A stretch of DNA of 63,894 bases, filler included, from Alloascoidea hylecoeti (lineage: Eukaryota), in assembly GCA_001600815.1 (NCBI GenBank). It is 8 parts of 5 records of this genome, joined end to end, with 100 filler letters (N's around TTAATTAATTAA, not from the genome) between each part and the next. Parts side by side here need not be neighbours in the genome. Positions count along the whole stretch, not along the records: positions 60,856 to 62,786 come from BCKZ01000006.1; positions 62,887 to 63,894 come from BCKZ01000010.1; 6 more parts are not named here. One strand, written 5' to 3'. Position 1 is the stretch's first letter, and the number at the start of each line of letters is the position of its first letter. The notes under the pieces are model-generated. The model made no database searches. It was given only the letters and a program-made list of their open reading frames with translations, and was not told the origin of the DNA. This document shows positions 62,607 to 63,894 of this stretch, in pieces. Made by a program: the position numbers and the translations under genes.

Positions 62607-62786
62607 TTATTCTTTAATCTTTAAAGAGTCATCGATAACATATGCATCTTCTTCACTTAGAATTTTTTCTGAATCTACAGTTGAAACATCAAGGTCACCC
62701 ATTAAAGAAATGTCAAAACCATTATCGGCTAAATACTGAACGAACTCCTTATCCTCACGAGTGATTGCATCTTGTGTCAAAGGAGG
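62607..62786 (-). CDS. C-terminus of MFS glycerophosphodiester transporter (Git1-like)
   Basis: PPLTQDAITREDKEFVQYLADNGFDISLMG...* resembles the Git family tail (ED.EF..YL..NG.D..MG). Confidence 0.6.
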   Translation of the reverse strand, partial: PPLTQDAITREDKEFVQYLADNGFDISLMGDLDVSTVDSEKILSEEDAYVIDDSLKIKE

Positions 62787-62886
62787 NNNNNNNNNNNNNN
62801 NNNNNNNNNNNNNNNNNNNNNNNNNNNNNNTTAATTAATTAANNNNNNNNNNNNNNNNNNNNNNNNNNNNNNNNNNNNNNNNNNNN

Positions 62887-63160
62887 GTGCTATTTTCATT
62901 ACCTCGGACACTTCTTCGGTGTTTGATGGGAATACCACAATATCTGGCTCTTGACTTGGTGTTGGATGATGAGCATTTGAAATACTATCTGCATGTTTTT
63001 TAATTATACTTTTAGCTGATGAGATATTGTCCGTTCCTAATAATTTCTTTAATTGAATTTTTGCCCTTGATAAATCTTTAGAGGAACCATATTCAGGGGA
63101 AGAAAGTTTAGATAAAGGTAGTGTCGAAAAAGATTTCCACGAAGGATCCGTAGATGGCAT
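62887..63160 (-). CDS. D-lactate dehydrogenase (Dld1-like) N-terminus, cut by gap
   Basis: STLPLSKL..PEYG, H.D..SNAHHP.PSQEPDIVVFPSNTEEVSEVMKIA (FAD_binding_4 start). Confidence 0.75.
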
Positions 63161-63739
63161 TTGTATATGATTTTATAATAGCTTCGTTTATAATTATGAG
63201 CTTAACTTTTAAGAATTAGAGGCTTTAATTTGCAGAATTAATAGATTTATAAAGATGAGGAATAATATTGACTTCTTGGTGATTTTATATTATTCATCAT
63301 AATTATAACATGTTACCATTCATGTTATGACTTTGATTATATGGTGATTATATTTAAATAGAAGCAATATTTTATTGTTGCGACGAAAAATAAGTTTAAT
63401 TTCAAGCAGACTGTGGAGTCCACTTTAATTTGTTGTCCAGGACCCAGGCGGCAGGTGCACAGAGATGAGTATAACAAAAGCTGTTCACTCAATCGATGAC
63501 GATATAGGTAGGTTTATTTTGAATTTAAGAAAGGTATAAAGGGAATAAGGCAGCCTACAAAAAAGAATTGTCATTTTGCGCGAATAGATTTTGTTTACAG
63601 TGAACTATTATATATTAGACTCTTGCACACTTATTGTTTTTCTTACAAATGAAATTCTGTTTTCAAAGAAAGTAGCAAATTTATAACAATAGATCAGCTA
63701 TAGCTTCAGAGCAGGTAAGTACTATACCCATAGGAATAA

Positions 63740-63894
63740 TTATAGGCGGCTAATGCGTGAGGACTTCCTTTCAGGGTCTTTGGGATCCATATAAAATACT
63801 TTATCAGGATTCATAATATTCAAAGGATCAATTGCATGTTTAATGGTTCTCATTAAATCAATGGCCGGTAATCCCAATTCATATTCTAAAGAAT
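63740..63894 (-). CDS. DLD1: D-lactate dehydrogenase (Dld1-like) C-terminus, partial
   Basis: ELGLPAIDLMRTIKHAIDPLNIMNPDKVF. Confidence 0.8.
   Translation of the reverse strand, partial: SLEYELGLPAIDLMRTIKHAIDPLNIMNPDKVFYMDPKDPERKSSRISRL

Noticed and set aside
63859..63871. CAATGGCCGGTAA resembling the 38.3-kb MITE end
   Set aside because: Lies inside the DLD1 coding frame (GLPAID); chance match.
1..63894. CRISPR arrays, tRNA, rRNA, alternative CUG code
   Set aside because: Eukaryotic DNA with no repeat-spacer array or recognisable tRNA/rRNA; CTG occurs at conserved Leu sites.

Overview
AT-rich, relatively intron-rich budding-yeast (Saccharomycotina-like) nuclear scaffold. CTG falls at conserved Leu positions (YTA12 'DKYL', Munc13-like 'ILRILL'), so the standard code is assumed. 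The window is broken by nine N-gaps; seven carry an artificial TTAATTAATTAA spacer, so gene order across gaps is uncertain. Housekeeping genes, several reconstructed by hand across 17 introns that the ORF track misses, include SDH6, RGA1-like, NCBP3-like, TANGO2/NRDE, MDP1, RTT109, EFB1 (with intronic snR18/U18), AGP3, RRS1, a DEK_C protein and a Munc13-like C2 protein. Many contig ends fall in duplicated or repeat-rich genes: tandem m-AAA proteases, two JLP1-like dioxygenases, at least three ABCB/MDR starts with SDR partners, tandem DLD1, GIT1-like and Ser/Thr-rich wall proteins. Best hidden signals are a 2-nt micro-exon in MDP1, two ~90-bp solo-LTR-like insertions with perfect 5-bp TSDs, a hAT-like MITE, a long-TIR MITE, decayed Fot1/pogo transposases, and a four-RRM protein that appears mitochondrially targeted. 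All family assignments come from motif recognition by eye, not database searches.
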